This document shows, one piece after another, positions 61,791 through 64,000 of a stretch of DNA of 64,000 nucleotides. This DNA comes from Harriotta raleighana (taxonomy: Eukaryota). The notes under the pieces are model-generated. The model was not told the DNA's origin and made no database searches. It saw only the letters and a list, made by a program, of their open reading frames with translations. The stretch spans positions 4,623,055 to 4,687,054 of the forward strand of contig JBNZDD010013684.1 in NCBI GenBank assembly GCA_050575255.1, read 5' to 3'. The stretch's first letter is position 1. Every line of letters begins with the position of its first letter. A program made the translations under genes and the position numbers.

Positions 61791-64000
61791 ATTACCCAAA
61801 ACACATAGTCACTGCAGTTTATGGTATATTCTATCAAGCGCTTTGGGATGTCTTGCTGATATGAAAAGCTCTGAATTAGTTTTAATCGTCTCCCCATAAA
61901 GATGGCAGTTTGTAAAACAAGCAAGGAGTTATATTTTATATTACAATCCCATCCTTGCTGGTATCCACTCGTTCCTCCGCCCTCTATGGATGGAAATCAA
62001 GATCCTTGTTCTCACATTTACATCTTTCCTTCCTGAGATCAGTTGTGATCTTGTTACCACCACTCTGCCTTCGATCATCCAACCAAGCACATACTTGATG
62101 CCTGGAATTACATTAGTTTTAGCTTGTAAGGCCTTGTCCGCTAATAATAATAAGACTTTTGTCTACAAAATACAAAGTCAATAAATCTGGCAAAGTGCTT
62201 TGAGGCCTTTGATTTATATTATATTATTCAGCATTTTCCAGCCCAAATTGATGTTTATTTAATCTGGATTTCCCCCCCCCATTTTGCCCAGAATACAAGC
62301 AATTTAAGGTTATTCTCCAGTCTATACTGATTTCCTCACAGGAGCTAAAGAAATCCTAGTTATTGTAAATTTTAGAATCTTATTTAACACTATTTCAATT
62401 GACAGACCATTGTAAGGCTGCTCTAAGGCAGCCCATCCTACTTATTAAGTGCCTATTGTGGGGCATAATTCACTTACTATGAACAATCGAGATAAAGAAT
62501 GAAAACTAGACTGTGAAAGTGTTTGCATTGCAACAATGGGCCATGCGACAATGCTAAACATTACTGCTCTGCATTATTTATTCATAGATCTTCCACCATC
62601 GAACCATCTGCGCAATGCCTAGTAATCTCTTTATCTAAAGATCAGGATATTGCAGTGTGCAGTGATCAATGCATTTCAGATTAACGCAGTGCATATTGTG
62701 ATCTTCAGGACGCTCTGCTCATCTTACTTTTCTTTTTTATGTACTCTTGCATTGCAAGCTCATCCAGCCTTAAGCAACAACCCTCATGTGGAACACTTTG
62801 ACACATCCTCCAGAAGTGAAAGGTGATAAATCAAATGCAAGTATTATTATTACTACGTCAGTCCAATGCACTGCAATGTCAGGCCAGTATTTCTACCATT
62901 TAACCTTTCACCTCAGAAAAATAATTCTGCTAAATTTCAGTTAGTCTTAGCTTGTAAGATCATTTTGTCTTTAAATTTAAGATTATGAAGAATTATGAAA
63001 AGTTATTCAATTTAATCTTATCAAAGCAGCCCCTTTTTTGAGAACTGCAAAAATAAAATACTGGAATTTAAGAATTCTCCACCATTCTGCACATTGTGGC
63101 ATTTTAGGACAAAATGGTTTTCCAGGCTGAAACATGGAGAAATTTCAGGGCAATAATCACATTGTCCAAATTTGTTTAATCCGTTTAGAGTTGTCCAGAT
63201 AAATGCATTGATCCATCTATACACTCGTGTGAGGAATACATAAAGAGATTACCAGGCAATACGCAGCTGGTTTGATGGTGGAGGATCCCATGAATAAATA
63301 ATGCAGAACATTAATGTTTTTCATTGCTGAATCCATCCCTGGATTAATGTACATTACCTGAGCGGGATATGAAAAACAACCCATCAGTTTTTCATAGCAG
63401 TATGTTTTCTCCATGGAGCTACAATTCAAAGATGAACTGGGCTACTGTGTAACAGGAACACCTTAGAGAGAATACCAATATTGTGTCTGAACAAATCTTC
63501 TGGTGATTATAAATTCAAATAATCAGAACTGGATAGAAGATGGATACCTCTGTAAAAGAGGAAGCAGTTGTTCGCAAGGGACTATGAATTCAGAATCTTG
63601 ATTCCGCCACATTAGATGAGCACCCAACCCCCACACTACACTCAGTATAGGAGATCATCCTGAGTCAATTTTATGTGGCTGGGCTGAAGTGGAACATGCA
63701 TAATTAATGAGTGCTTATTGAATAAGTGGGAAGTTGGTGAATTAATGAACTAAATCATTCCCAACCAATGAAAAGCAGCCACAAGTCTTTCAATGCGACC
63801 GGCTGTAAAAGATAATGAGATTTTCACTTGCCATGATCCAAGAGGGGTGGGGTCAAGCAACGATACATTCTACATGTATCGTATGTGTGAGTTACAGTAT
63901 ATGTATGTTTGTGTATTTGAGCATCTGTTTGTGTGTCTATCAGTCCATCCATGTGTGCAGCTCCTTCTTGTTCCCGGTTGAGTAAGAAGCCAGGTTTAAC

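Overview
This is vertebrate genomic DNA. The repeat repertoire (tRNA-headed DeuSINE/SacSINE-like SINEs, shark-type CR1 tails, abundant L2 LINE fragments) points to a cartilaginous fish, possibly a holocephalan such as Callorhinchus; that is inference. The only host gene seen is the 3' part of ANKRD50 on the + strand. One very large phase-1 coding exon (39115-42686) encodes the ankyrin array and ends in KKETPL. It is probably followed by a 3'UTR intron starting 3 nt after the stop (42690-46788) and a repeat-free terminal 3'UTR exon (about 46789-49090). The upstream 39 kb appears to be one intron; I found no earlier ANKRD50 exon. The rest is transposon debris: dozens of copies of one tRNA-derived SINE (long and short subfamilies), older SINEs, L2 and CR1 fragments, Tigger/pogo-like MITEs and a hAT MITE, often nested with readable target-site duplications. 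Several single-N gaps flanked by duplicated sequence are assembly artefacts. I found no convincing wholly new biological system. The best leads are a tail-to-tail L2 hairpin in the putative 3'UTR intron, a 1.1-kb inverted MITE pair just past the poly(A) signal, a possibly mosaic SINE whose 3' stem-loop covaries with that of L2, clear cases of tail-homology-directed insertion, and a few candidate enhancers.
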